Shown piece by piece: positions 18,756-28,007 of a stretch of DNA of 62,020 bases (the first letter of the stretch is position 1; the number at the start of each line of letters is the position of its first letter). Below the pieces are notes generated by a model. It was not told the DNA's origin. It worked only from the letters and a program-made list of their open reading frames with translations, and searched no databases. Source of the stretch: a bacterium (GTDB lineage Bacteria > CALINM01). Position numbers and translations under genes: made by a program. The DNA lies in the NCBI GenBank assembly GCA_041640455.1, contig JBEQAF010000001.1, forward strand, positions 1 through 62,020, in the 5' to 3' direction.

Positions 18756-19430
18756 TTAAATATGACATTTCTTGCAATAGGCGGCTTTTGTTCTATCAAG
18801 AAGTCTTTCCTTAATATTTTTCCAATCTTTGGGATGAGGATTTGCTCCGCCACTTTTATGACAGGGCACGCACACCCCTGCATCGGGATGACAGCTCTGG
18901 CAGGATTGAAGATTTCTTCTTGCCTCGAGGGCATGTTCCTGATTCCAGATATATGACTGGGAAGAGCCTGCAGGCTTATGAGATTTTATCCTTAAAGTTC
19001 CCTTATTGCCAATTTTTGTATGGCAGTCTTCACAAAATCTTGACTCATGACATCTATAACAGTTTTGTGGATTATCCATTGCCTTTATGGAATGAATAGA
19101 GATAAAGTCAGATCGATGGGACTTTGGCATATAATTACCTTTATAAGATATGCTCTTTTTCAGATCCTGTGTAATGCCCCCGCCTGTATGACAGTCAAGG
19201 CAGAATGACTGTCCATGACATTCTTTACAGTTGCTGTCAGCCTTTTCTGCCAGAAGTCGATGAGTTTTTAGAAAGTCTTCATCATGATTGGGCGGCACAT
19301 TTGAAGACAAATGACAATCGGCACACTCGTTAAGATTCATAGCTCTAAACTCTCTGTGGCTTGTTCTACCGTATAGAACTGAGGAGACCATAATAACCGA
19401 AAGGAGAACTGCAAAAACTATCTTTCTCAT
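18756..19430 (-). CDS. periplasmic octaheme c-type cytochrome (OmaB-like)
   Basis: 224 aa with a Sec signal peptide and 8 CxxCH motifs. Confidence 0.85.
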   Translation of the reverse strand: MRKIVFAVLLSVIMVSSVLYGRTSHREFRAMNLNECADCHLSSNVPPNHDEDFLKTHRLLAEKADSNCKECHGQSFCLDCHTGGGITQDLKKSISYKGNYMPKSHRSDFISIHSIKAMDNPQNCYRCHESRFCEDCHTKIGNKGTLRIKSHKPAGSSQSYIWNQEHALEARRNLQSCQSCHPDAGVCVPCHKSGGANPHPKDWKNIKERLLDRTKAAYCKKCHI

Positions 19431-19447
19431 CTTCTCCCCCCTTTCCT

Positions 19448-20644
19448 TTAAAATTTTACGTTAAGGGCTATAAACCCTTTGTAGTTATTTTTATAATCAT
19501 AGCTCACATTATCTTCAAACTTTGCAGCCAGGGAGATATTCTTTCTGATATCATAGGTAAACCCCGCCCAGTATCTTTTTGCTATATCTTCACGTTCTGC
19601 CCTTTTAAAATCATCATAATCTACTCCCCCTGATATGGCCATATTCTTTACTTTATACTCTCCGTCAAGTCTTATTCCGCCAACCTTTCCTGCGTAGCCG
19701 TTTCTTTTCTCGTAGCTGGCATTAACTGTGAGATTTTTTAACGGCATAGCTCTTAAGCCTATCTCATAAAGATCTGCCTCTGCATCTCCATCAAAATCCT
19801 CTCTGGCATATCCGATAGTAACCCCATAGTTTTTATTAATGGCGTACTGACCTTTTAAAGCATACTCCCTGTATTTGTCCACTGCAAATACACTATAAAC
19901 TGAAGTATAGTCAAAGGAGGGGAAGCTCTGATAATATTCGGCTTTTATCACAAGATCCTTAACAGGTGTTGACTTGAGCCCCAGTAGAAACTGGTTGGTG
20001 GATTTAAAGACATAATCATATTTTGTATCCAGATAGAAACTTAAATTCTTAGCTATGGGACCATCGGCAGAAAAACCGATTATCTCCTTTGAACGGTCAT
20101 TTCGGTCATATCTAACCGCATAGCTTAACTGAAGATAATAGTTTTTAAAATTTGAAAAGGCACTGGCTGACCATAAGTAAGAATCTTTCGCTCCAAGCTC
20201 GCTTCTTTCTGAGAACCTAACCTCTCTCCCCCCAAAAAATCTAAAACCCACAGGTCCCAGATTTGTTAAAGTAAGCGAGCCGCCATCAATAATTCCCGAA
20301 AGGGCATTAGAATAGGCATACTGTCTTCCAAGCCATATATGGGCTTTACCGTTAAGCAGGTCTTCGTAGCTTAAGTAAAGATAATAAAGCCGCGCATCCA
20401 GATCATCGCTTGAGCTGAGCTGTTTATTAAGTCTACCATAGGCATGAATGGATAGCTTATCGTCTTTAGTTAGCCTGGATACATCTACCTTAAGATACTC
20501 TGCAATATCTTTTTCGTTATCTCTTGTAATAAAATTATTATACCAGAGGTACTGAGTGGAACTCTTAAAATTTATCTCTGCTGAAAAAACAACGGTTGCG
20601 ATAAAAACAAAGCTCAGAGAGATTAAAAATCTTAGTTTAGCCAT
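19448..20644 (-). CDS. outer-membrane beta-barrel protein (OmbB-like porin of a porin-cytochrome complex)
   Basis: Signal peptide, alternating aromatic/polar beta-strand pattern, and a C-terminal ...ALNVKF. It is the first gene of the three-gene cytochrome cluster. Confidence 0.7.
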   Translation of the reverse strand: MAKLRFLISLSFVFIATVVFSAEINFKSSTQYLWYNNFITRDNEKDIAEYLKVDVSRLTKDDKLSIHAYGRLNKQLSSSDDLDARLYYLYLSYEDLLNGKAHIWLGRQYAYSNALSGIIDGGSLTLTNLGPVGFRFFGGREVRFSERSELGAKDSYLWSASAFSNFKNYYLQLSYAVRYDRNDRSKEIIGFSADGPIAKNLSFYLDTKYDYVFKSTNQFLLGLKSTPVKDLVIKAEYYQSFPSFDYTSVYSVFAVDKYREYALKGQYAINKNYGVTIGYAREDFDGDAEADLYEIGLRAMPLKNLTVNASYEKRNGYAGKVGGIRLDGEYKVKNMAISGGVDYDDFKRAEREDIAKRYWAGFTYDIRKNISLAAKFEDNVSYDYKNNYKGFIALNVKF

Positions 20645-20820
20645 CTTCCCTCCTTATTTATATGAATTTTAATTTTTTTTAATATTTACCTTAAGTAAAC
20701 CACAGGGGGTGTTTTTTGTCAATCCAGAATCTCAAAAAAATTTAAATTTTAATTTTTTAATGTAACAAACGTTACGTTATTTGATAGGATTTTTTATCTA
20801 TTCTGTCAAAAATTTGTCAT

Positions 20821-23118
20821 CTAAAATCCAAGAGCGCACTGGCCAATACTAATGCAGGCGTCGTTTGGAGGGCTAAATCGGTTTATTAATGGTGTTAGTC
20901 CAAGCTCGTGGGATTTTTTGAAAAAATGATAGGTCAGATAGCTGTTCTGAAAGCTACCGCCAGAGAAGATTATTTTTTTGCAGCCCTTTTCCTTTGATAG
21001 CTTTTCCACTACTAACATAAAGGCATGTACAACTGTTGAATGAAATTTTATGGATATTACACTTCTGTCAGCATCACTTAGAAAATCTGAAAAAATATCA
21101 ATTAATATCTGATTTACATCAATCTCATAGGGGTTTGTTTCGTTAAAAGAGATGTCATAAGCGCCATACCAATCTTTTAGCTCAAATTTTTTGTATATGA
21201 GATTTTCCAGCTCCTGGGCGGGCTCACCTTCGTAACTCACCTTCTTTCTAAAGCCAAGAAGATAGGAAACACAGTCAAAAAGCCGACCAAGACTGGATGT
21301 TAAGACCTTTGATTGAGACACAGCTTTTGAAAAAGCACCAATATTGGCTCTACTTGGCTCTGAAAGCTGATTTAGCAGTCGTTCATCTTCAAATTTGGAG
21401 GAAAGAAGATAGCTCAAGAACATTTTTTCTGGATCTTTTATAGCACTATCACCAAAAGGAAAAGGCTTGTAGGAAAGCTTGCCAGCTCTATTAAAGCCTT
21501 CTTTTAAGCTTCCATAGAAGATCTCCCCGCCCCAGATCATGCCGTCCTCTCCGTATCCTGTGCCGTCCAAGGCAATTCCTACCACGGGCTCATCAAAAAT
21601 ATTGTTTTCCAGACAGACTGATGCGATATGGGCTTTGTGATGTTGAACCATTATGAGATCTTTATTAGCAGCTATCTCATGAGCATGACTGGTGCTTAGA
21701 AAATTAGGATGCAGATCACAGACATATAGATCTGGCTCAAACTCAAATATTTTTTTAAAGTCTTCAATGGTCTCCAGATAGGACTCATAGCTTTCGTAAT
21801 CTGCAAGGTCTCCTATGTACTGAGACTGAATGAGACTATCGTTTTTTAAAATACTTACGGTAGCCTTGAGGTCAGAGCCAAGCCCCATAATCTTTTTTGA
21901 AAAGCTTTTTGTTAGAAAAAGCGGTTTTGGTGCGTAGCCTCTGCTTTTTCGAAAAAGCAGTTCAATGGACTGTCTGTCAGGAAGGTCTATCTCTATCACT
22001 TTGACGACCGAGTCTTCCACATATCTTACAATCTCTCTGTTGTGGACCAAAAAGTAGTCTGCCAGGTCCTTTAGCCGTTCAATATCCATATCTTTATAAA
22101 CGATGGGCTCACCTGAGATATTAGCAGATGTGCAGATAAGAATCGGAATTTTTTCAAGCATAAGATAATGAAAGGGCGCATAGGGTAGCATTACTCCGTA
22201 GTATGGGCTACTACCTGCTATGGGATCAGGATCTGTGGCTATTATGTTTTTCTTTTTCTTTAGCAGTACAATGGGTTTTTCTTTGCTATTAAGTATTTGC
22301 TTCTCATGGTGGTTTATCTCCACATATTCTTTGAGAAGCTCCTCATCTCGAAAAAGCAGGGCAAAGGGCTTTCGGTCTCTCTTTTTTCTTTCTCTTAAGG
22401 TTAACACAGCTTCTAAATTTGTTGCATCCAGAATAAGATGATACCCGCCTACACCTTTTACAGCAATAATACTGCCTTTTTTTAAAAGCCCATTTACCTC
22501 GTCAAAGATGTTAGCTACCTTTATCTCCTTAAAATCTTTATTTAATAGTTTATACACAGGTCCACAGACTTCACAGGAGATGGGCTGGGCATGATACCTT
22601 CTTGATCTAATATTTTTATATTCAGCCTCACAGGCAGGACACATCTCAAAGACGCTCATGGTGGTATTTTTCCTGTCGTAGGGATGGTCTCTGATTATGG
22701 AAAAGCGAGGTCCACAGTTAGTGCAGTTAACAAAAGGATACTTATAAAACCTGCTTGAGGGTGAAAAGAAATCTTCCTTACAGTCTCTACATACTGCCAC
22801 GTCAGGAGAAAGATATATATTTGAGCTATCTCCTGAAAAAGAAGGGGCTATGCTAAAATCTTTAAAATCAAAAGAATCAATCTTTTGAATCTCAATCTGG
22901 TTTATAATAGCAAGGGGTGGTGGAGAGTTTTTCAGCTCTTCAAGATAGGAGCTGACAGCCCTTTTACTGCCTGTAACTACAATCTCCACTCCCTTTTTTG
23001 TGTTTCTTACGATGCCCTTAATATTATATTTTTCTGACAGGTTAAATAAGAAGGGTCTAAAACCAACCCCCTGAACAACACCCGAAACCTCTATCCTTAA
23101 ACTTTCTTTTTCTTCCAT
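20821..23118 (-). CDS. hypF: [NiFe]-hydrogenase maturation carbamoyltransferase HypF
   Basis: Acylphosphatase N-terminus (VSGVVQGVGFRPF), two CxxC..CxxC zinc fingers, and YrdC-like and Kae1-like domains. 765 aa. Confidence 0.95.
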   Translation of the reverse strand: MEEKESLRIEVSGVVQGVGFRPFLFNLSEKYNIKGIVRNTKKGVEIVVTGSKRAVSSYLEELKNSPPPLAIINQIEIQKIDSFDFKDFSIAPSFSGDSSNIYLSPDVAVCRDCKEDFFSPSSRFYKYPFVNCTNCGPRFSIIRDHPYDRKNTTMSVFEMCPACEAEYKNIRSRRYHAQPISCEVCGPVYKLLNKDFKEIKVANIFDEVNGLLKKGSIIAVKGVGGYHLILDATNLEAVLTLRERKKRDRKPFALLFRDEELLKEYVEINHHEKQILNSKEKPIVLLKKKKNIIATDPDPIAGSSPYYGVMLPYAPFHYLMLEKIPILICTSANISGEPIVYKDMDIERLKDLADYFLVHNREIVRYVEDSVVKVIEIDLPDRQSIELLFRKSRGYAPKPLFLTKSFSKKIMGLGSDLKATVSILKNDSLIQSQYIGDLADYESYESYLETIEDFKKIFEFEPDLYVCDLHPNFLSTSHAHEIAANKDLIMVQHHKAHIASVCLENNIFDEPVVGIALDGTGYGEDGMIWGGEIFYGSLKEGFNRAGKLSYKPFPFGDSAIKDPEKMFLSYLLSSKFEDERLLNQLSEPSRANIGAFSKAVSQSKVLTSSLGRLFDCVSYLLGFRKKVSYEGEPAQELENLIYKKFELKDWYGAYDISFNETNPYEIDVNQILIDIFSDFLSDADRSVISIKFHSTVVHAFMLVVEKLSKEKGCKKIIFSGGSFQNSYLTYHFFKKSHELGLTPLINRFSPPNDACISIGQCALGF

Positions 23119-23759
23119 CTAATTTTTTCTTCTAAGAATCTTACGAAGTCAAATAAAGTCTCTTCTTTTGTTGCCTGAATTTCAAATATTCTGACCTTAG
23201 GGTTTATGGAAAGAATGTCATTTTTTGCCTTTTCAAGTGAGAAGTTTGTATAGGGGATAAGATCAGTTTTGTTTATAAGCACGCAGTCTGCCTTAAAAAA
23301 TGTGCCAGGATATTTTTTTGGTTTATCATCTCCTTCTGTAACAGAGAGTATAACCAGCTTAAAATCCTCTCCCAGATAAAAATCACTGGGGCAGACAAGA
23401 TTACCCACATTTTCAATAATTAAAACGTCAAGCTTTGACAGGTCAAAAAATGAAAGCCCTTCTCTTATCATACCCGCATCGAGATGGCAGGCACCTTTCG
23501 TATTTAGCTGGACTGAAAGAACACCGGGCTTTGAAAGCCTTTCTGCGTCAACCGTATCTTCTATGTCGCCTACAATAACACCGATTCTGTAAAATCTTGA
23601 GAGATTTTTTATTAGATTTTCAAGAAAAGTGGTCTTTCCTGCACCGGGAGAGCTGATAAGATTAAATACCAGCACACCATGTTCATCAAACCTTTCTTTT
23701 AACTGCTTTGCAATCTCATCGTTACCCTTAAGAATAGGATAGACAACCTTAACCTTCAA
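23097..23759 (-). CDS. hypB: hydrogenase nickel-incorporation GTPase HypB
   Basis: SSPGAGKTT P-loop, ENVGNLVCP and NKTDL. Confidence 0.9.
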   Translation of the reverse strand: MKVKVVYPILKGNDEIAKQLKERFDEHGVLVFNLISSPGAGKTTFLENLIKNLSRFYRIGVIVGDIEDTVDAERLSKPGVLSVQLNTKGACHLDAGMIREGLSFFDLSKLDVLIIENVGNLVCPSDFYLGEDFKLVILSVTEGDDKPKKYPGTFFKADCVLINKTDLIPYTNFSLEKAKNDILSINPKVRIFEIQATKEETLFDFVRFLEEKIRWKKKKV

Positions 23760-24096
23760 CGCTCTCTCCTTCTATCTCTTTAATATTAAGCTCCATTCCT
23801 TCAGTTATATTCAGGGAGATATTTTTGCAAACAGGGCAGATGTAACTTAGATTAGTCAGTGTAATCTCTTTGTTACACTCAGAGCAAAAGGCGGTTATAT
23901 CTTTTTTAACAAATTCAAAAGATATATTTAGCCCCTCCTCCTTAATAATGCTACTTAAACAAAAGCTTAAGGCATCTATATTTACACCGCTACCCTCACC
24001 TACCTCGACAATAACCCGGCTGGCTTTTATTTTCTCTCTTTTTTCAATATCTTTTACGGCTTCAATAGTTGATAGGGCAACGGAGGCTTCATGCAT
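23749..24096 (-). CDS. hypA: hydrogenase nickel-insertion protein HypA
   Basis: MHE N-terminus and a CxxC...CxxC zinc site. 115 aa. Confidence 0.9.
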   Translation of the reverse strand: MHEASVALSTIEAVKDIEKREKIKASRVIVEVGEGSGVNIDALSFCLSSIIKEEGLNISFEFVKKDITAFCSECNKEITLTNLSYICPVCKNISLNITEGMELNIKEIEGESVEG

Positions 24097-24550
24097 TACT
24101 TAAACATTTTAATATTAAATCATTGACAATGGAAATGAATTTTTCTTTTCTATCCATGAGAGTTTTGGTGGGAGAGCCTATCTTATCAATACATTCAGGC
24201 ACTATAGCTACCACATGGCATCTGGCTTTGCTACCCATCATCTTTGCAAGCTTATAAACATCCTCAATGCCAATGTCATGAAAGGATGTAATCATTTTGT
24301 CCACATAGCTCACATCATCCATAGGGAATGAGTAGATAGAGCCAGGCTCATCATCAGCCCTTAACACATCGAGGAAAATTATATATTCATAATCAAAAAA
24401 AAGTGGAAGGAGCGTATGCCCTGATACGCTACCTTCCAGAAAGTCTATCTTTAACGAGGGAGAAGGTAGGCTTTTTAACTCTCTTACAATATGGATACCA
24501 AAACCTTCATCACTGAGAAGCTCGTTACCAAGCCCTACCACTGCTATCAT
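24089..24550 (-). CDS. [NiFe]-hydrogenase large-subunit C-terminal maturation endopeptidase (HyaD/HupD family)
   Basis: VVGLGNELLSDEGFG N-terminus, 153 aa, located in the hydrogenase operon. Confidence 0.85.
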   Translation of the reverse strand: MIAVVGLGNELLSDEGFGIHIVRELKSLPSPSLKIDFLEGSVSGHTLLPLFFDYEYIIFLDVLRADDEPGSIYSFPMDDVSYVDKMITSFHDIGIEDVYKLAKMMGSKARCHVVAIVPECIDKIGSPTKTLMDRKEKFISIVNDLILKCLSNA

Positions 24551-24553
24551 ATA

Positions 24554-25168
24554 TTAACTAACTTTTTTTGTCTCATAGCCTGTAATCATGGAAATGTAAT
24601 AATCCTTGACAGTTACACCAGTGCTACCCAGATAGATATGTGCCATCAGGGAAATTAGATAAAATATGGTCAGTATAAAATGCCAGAACCTCACGTATCC
24701 TAAACCGCTGAAAAAATCAACCACCACTCTGAATATCTCAGGCTCATAAAGGGCAAAGCCTGTTAAAAACTGGGGGATAAAAACCAGTGGCCAGATAGAA
24801 TATGCTATTTTTTGCCCAGGATTATATTTACCAAAATCAGGTTTGGGAGCCTTTGTAAAAATCCCCCAGAGATAATATTTTAAAAGCACAAAAAACTGAG
24901 GAATGTCAGATGGTCTTACAATAATATCAAAGGCTTTCCTTGTAACAAAAAAGTAATAATATGCCCTTGACACATAGCACCATACAATTAGCCATGCAAA
25001 TAAAAAATGTATGTATCTTGCCATAGAGATGGTGCCAAAAAGGTGAACATATCTTGGCATGGCAATCTGAAGCCCTGTAAGCACAAGCATGATCATAGAA
25101 AGAGCATGCACAGCATGGGTTATTCTAACATACAAAGGGTGTCTGTAATATCTTACATATTCAGCCAT
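24554..25168 (-). CDS. Ni/Fe-hydrogenase b-type cytochrome membrane subunit
   Basis: Four-helix membrane protein with conserved His residues (RITHAVHA...), directly downstream of the large subunit. Confidence 0.85.
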   Translation of the reverse strand: MAEYVRYYRHPLYVRITHAVHALSMIMLVLTGLQIAMPRYVHLFGTISMARYIHFLFAWLIVWCYVSRAYYYFFVTRKAFDIIVRPSDIPQFFVLLKYYLWGIFTKAPKPDFGKYNPGQKIAYSIWPLVFIPQFLTGFALYEPEIFRVVVDFFSGLGYVRFWHFILTIFYLISLMAHIYLGSTGVTVKDYYISMITGYETKKVS

Positions 25169-25176
25169 GTTACCCC

Positions 25177-26736
25177 CTATATAACCTTAAACTTTTTGAC
25201 CTGATTTGTCTCCGGATGAATTACATGGATTGCGCAGGCAAGACAGGGGTCAAAGGATCTTACAACTCTAACTATCTCAATGGGATTTTCTGGATCAGCT
25301 ATGGGTGTGCCGATTAAAGCCTGTTCAACAACGCCTTTCACACCTTTTTCATCAGCAGGACCGCAGTTCCATGTGGATGGGACCACACACTGATATCTTT
25401 CAATCTTGTGATTCTTAATCTTAATCCAGTGACCTAAGGCGCCTCTTTGAGCCTCAGTAAGCCCATATCCTTCGCTCTCTTTTGGCACTTCATATCTGTT
25501 TATTGTTGGTTTATCAGGATTGAGCTGGAGTAGCCATTCCTCTGTCTTATCGGCAATAATTTTTAGCTCTAAAGCCCTTGCAGCATGCCTTCCGAGCACC
25601 GAGAAAAGCACTGAAACATCAGCATTGAGAGATTTGAGGGTATTGTTAATAAGCGAGGATACCTCTGGTCTCTTTCCAGACAGATGGGTAACTGCCATTC
25701 TGGCAAGAGGTCCTACCTCCATAGCATGTCCGTCATATCTTGCTGCCTTTACCCATGTGTAGGCATTTGCCTTGTTCGGATCTGCCTGCGTCTCACCTTC
25801 ATAAGGATGCAGATTAGACTTTGAAGAGTACTTTGCGTAAAACACATCTTCTTTTATCTTTGCCTGATCAAGATTATCCAGCTTACCATTTACAAACGCG
25901 CCAGGAATGTGATAAAGCTCTGTCCCTTCGTTGTTAAGTTCAAAGATACCAAATGCCAGCAGATTTTTATGTCCGGCACCTATTTTAAAATACTGAGGGT
26001 ATGCCTTTGCAACGGCTAACACATCGGGAATATAACAGGTATCAATAAACTCCTTTATTCTTCTTAATCTGTAAAGATATGAGGCTATTCTTTCTGGATT
26101 AACCTGCTCAGCTGCGCCGCCGGGCACGATACCTGTAACATGGGGCATCTTTCCACCCCAGATAGCTATCATCTCCTGAGCTGTTCTTGCCATCTCAAAT
26201 GCCTTTACATAATGGGAGATGGCGGTAAGATTAAGCTCCTTATCTTTAATATAATCGCCCTTATATCTGGGCATAAAAGGAGCTGCGGCGGTTTTACTTC
26301 CTGAAGCGACCTCTCTTTTTACCCATTCCTTAATATTATTCATTGTTGGATCATTGCCTTTGTAATCCAGAATAGCAGTTATATCAACATAATCAAGAGC
26401 TGAAAGCTGATAAAAATGTAGTATGTGAGAGTGGAGCAGGTTTCCAGCTGCCATTAAATTTCTAATAATTCTTCCGTTGTCGGGAGGATTAACCTTAAAT
26501 GCTGCATCAAGGGTCTTTGCCGATGCCATAGCATGTCCAACCGGACAGACTCCGCATATTCTCTGGGTAACATTTATGGCATCCTGAGGATCTCTTTCCT
26601 GAAGAATAATTTCCCAGCCTCTAAACATATCACCCCTTGAACGGGCATCTTTAATCTTTCCACCTTCTATCTCAACTTCAATTGAGTAATGCCCCTCTAT
26701 TCTTGTTATAGGATCAACAACTATTTTTTTAGCCAT
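25177..26736 (-). CDS. [NiFe]-hydrogenase large subunit (membrane-bound uptake type)
   Basis: N-terminal RIEGH and RICGVCP. C-terminal DPCLACAIH followed by a 15-aa extension for protease cleavage. Confidence 0.95.
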   Translation of the reverse strand: MAKKIVVDPITRIEGHYSIEVEIEGGKIKDARSRGDMFRGWEIILQERDPQDAINVTQRICGVCPVGHAMASAKTLDAAFKVNPPDNGRIIRNLMAAGNLLHSHILHFYQLSALDYVDITAILDYKGNDPTMNNIKEWVKREVASGSKTAAAPFMPRYKGDYIKDKELNLTAISHYVKAFEMARTAQEMIAIWGGKMPHVTGIVPGGAAEQVNPERIASYLYRLRRIKEFIDTCYIPDVLAVAKAYPQYFKIGAGHKNLLAFGIFELNNEGTELYHIPGAFVNGKLDNLDQAKIKEDVFYAKYSSKSNLHPYEGETQADPNKANAYTWVKAARYDGHAMEVGPLARMAVTHLSGKRPEVSSLINNTLKSLNADVSVLFSVLGRHAARALELKIIADKTEEWLLQLNPDKPTINRYEVPKESEGYGLTEAQRGALGHWIKIKNHKIERYQCVVPSTWNCGPADEKGVKGVVEQALIGTPIADPENPIEIVRVVRSFDPCLACAIHVIHPETNQVKKFKVI

Positions 26737-27801
26737 TTATTTCTCCTCCTTTACTTTCTCAGTCTCTTCTTTCTTTTTTGAACTAAAAGCCCTTCCAAGA
26801 GCATGGGCTACAATACCACCTAAGGTTGCAGCGCCCACGATTGTTCCAAATTTGTCAGCCTTTACCTTAAGGCCGGGTATGCCAGGAACTTTTGCCTCAG
26901 GCAGTCTCATATATACACCATTCCCCTTTGAGCCGATAAAGCTCTCAGCTGCGCAGCCGATACAGGGAGAGCCACCCCTGATAGGCCAGTTAACGCCTGT
27001 ATTCCACTGATAGTTCGGGCAGTCTGCGTATGTAATTGGTCCCTTACATCCCAGCAGATACATACATTTTTTCTCACCAAAGGTTCTGGCAAAATCGCCT
27101 CTTTCAAAGAAAGGTCTCATCTCGCAATTGTCATGGATAAGTCTTCCAAAAAATACGAGAGGTCTTCTCTTTGAATCAAGCGCAGGAACTCCAAATAGCT
27201 TTAAATGAGCCAGGAGACCTACCAGATGATGGGGTCTTCCTGGACATCCTGGCAGATTAACAAGCTTTGATGTACCTATAACATCCATTACAGATTTTGC
27301 GCCGGTTGGGTTTGGTTCGCCTGCAGGTATACCGCCCCATGTGGCGCAGGTGCCGTAAGCAACCACATACTGGGCTTTTTCGCTAAGTCTTTTTGTCCAG
27401 TCAAGCATGGTAATGGGTTTTCCGTTCTCATCCTCACCAATTGTGCAGTACATACCATTATCCTTAACGGGAATAGCTCCCTCAATCACAAGAATAAACT
27501 TTTCATCAGATTTTAATACCTCATGAAGCACATTTATGCACTGATGACCCGATGCAGCCATCACAGTCTGATGAAACTTAAGGCTTATAATATCTGTAAC
27601 AATATCAGGAACAGTTGGCGCAACCGTATTAAGAAGAGACTCGGAACATCCCGCACAGTTTTGCCCCTGAATCCAGACAACAGGAATATTTTTTCCCTGT
27701 TTTTCAATGGCATGGGCTACCTTTGTAAGAAAGCTGTTTGACATGATAGCCGCACTGGCGCCACCAAGCACTTTAAGAAAATCTCGTCTTGAAAAATTCA
27801 T
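26737..27801 (-). CDS. [NiFe]-hydrogenase small subunit with Tat signal and C-terminal membrane anchor
   Basis: Twin-arginine signal MNFSRRDFLK, Fe-S cysteine patterns (CAGCSES...), and a hydrophobic C-terminal helix. Confidence 0.95.
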   Translation of the reverse strand: MNFSRRDFLKVLGGASAAIMSNSFLTKVAHAIEKQGKNIPVVWIQGQNCAGCSESLLNTVAPTVPDIVTDIISLKFHQTVMAASGHQCINVLHEVLKSDEKFILVIEGAIPVKDNGMYCTIGEDENGKPITMLDWTKRLSEKAQYVVAYGTCATWGGIPAGEPNPTGAKSVMDVIGTSKLVNLPGCPGRPHHLVGLLAHLKLFGVPALDSKRRPLVFFGRLIHDNCEMRPFFERGDFARTFGEKKCMYLLGCKGPITYADCPNYQWNTGVNWPIRGGSPCIGCAAESFIGSKGNGVYMRLPEAKVPGIPGLKVKADKFGTIVGAATLGGIVAHALGRAFSSKKKEETEKVKEEK

Positions 27802-27853
27802 CTACTCTCCTCCTTATATATTAATCTTTTGAGAAAACAAACCGATGTTAGTT

Positions 27854-27869
27854 ATCAACAAAAATGCCA
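27854..27869 (-). promoter_or_regulatory. weak sigma54-like -24/-12 candidate upstream of the [NiFe]-hydrogenase operon
   Basis: The minus strand reads TGGCAT-TTTTG-TTGAT. The -24 element is good. The -12 element reads TTGA instead of TTGC. It ends about 52 nt upstream of the ATG. Confidence 0.3.
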
Positions 27870-28007
27870 AATCACTCAGACTGACAATAACCGAAGAACA
27901 AAAAAAGTTTCTGGATTTTAAGTTATTGAAAAACAATATATTTTTTGATTAGAAAAGATCTGGATTATAATTTATGGGATTGTTAAATATAAAATGGAGA
28001 CTAAAAT

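Noticed and set aside
20759-20778. Inverted repeat AATGTAAC-AAAC-GTTACGTT upstream of the Pcc cluster as a third copy of the GTGTAAT-N6-ATTACAC operator
   Set aside because: The arm sequence and spacing differ (4-nt versus 6-nt spacer) and one arm has a mismatch. It may be an operator for another factor, but it is not the same motif.
25177-26736. Possible [NiFeSe] hydrogenase (selenocysteine) large subunit
   Set aside because: The C-terminal motif is DPCLAC with ordinary Cys codons, and the gene has no in-frame TGA.
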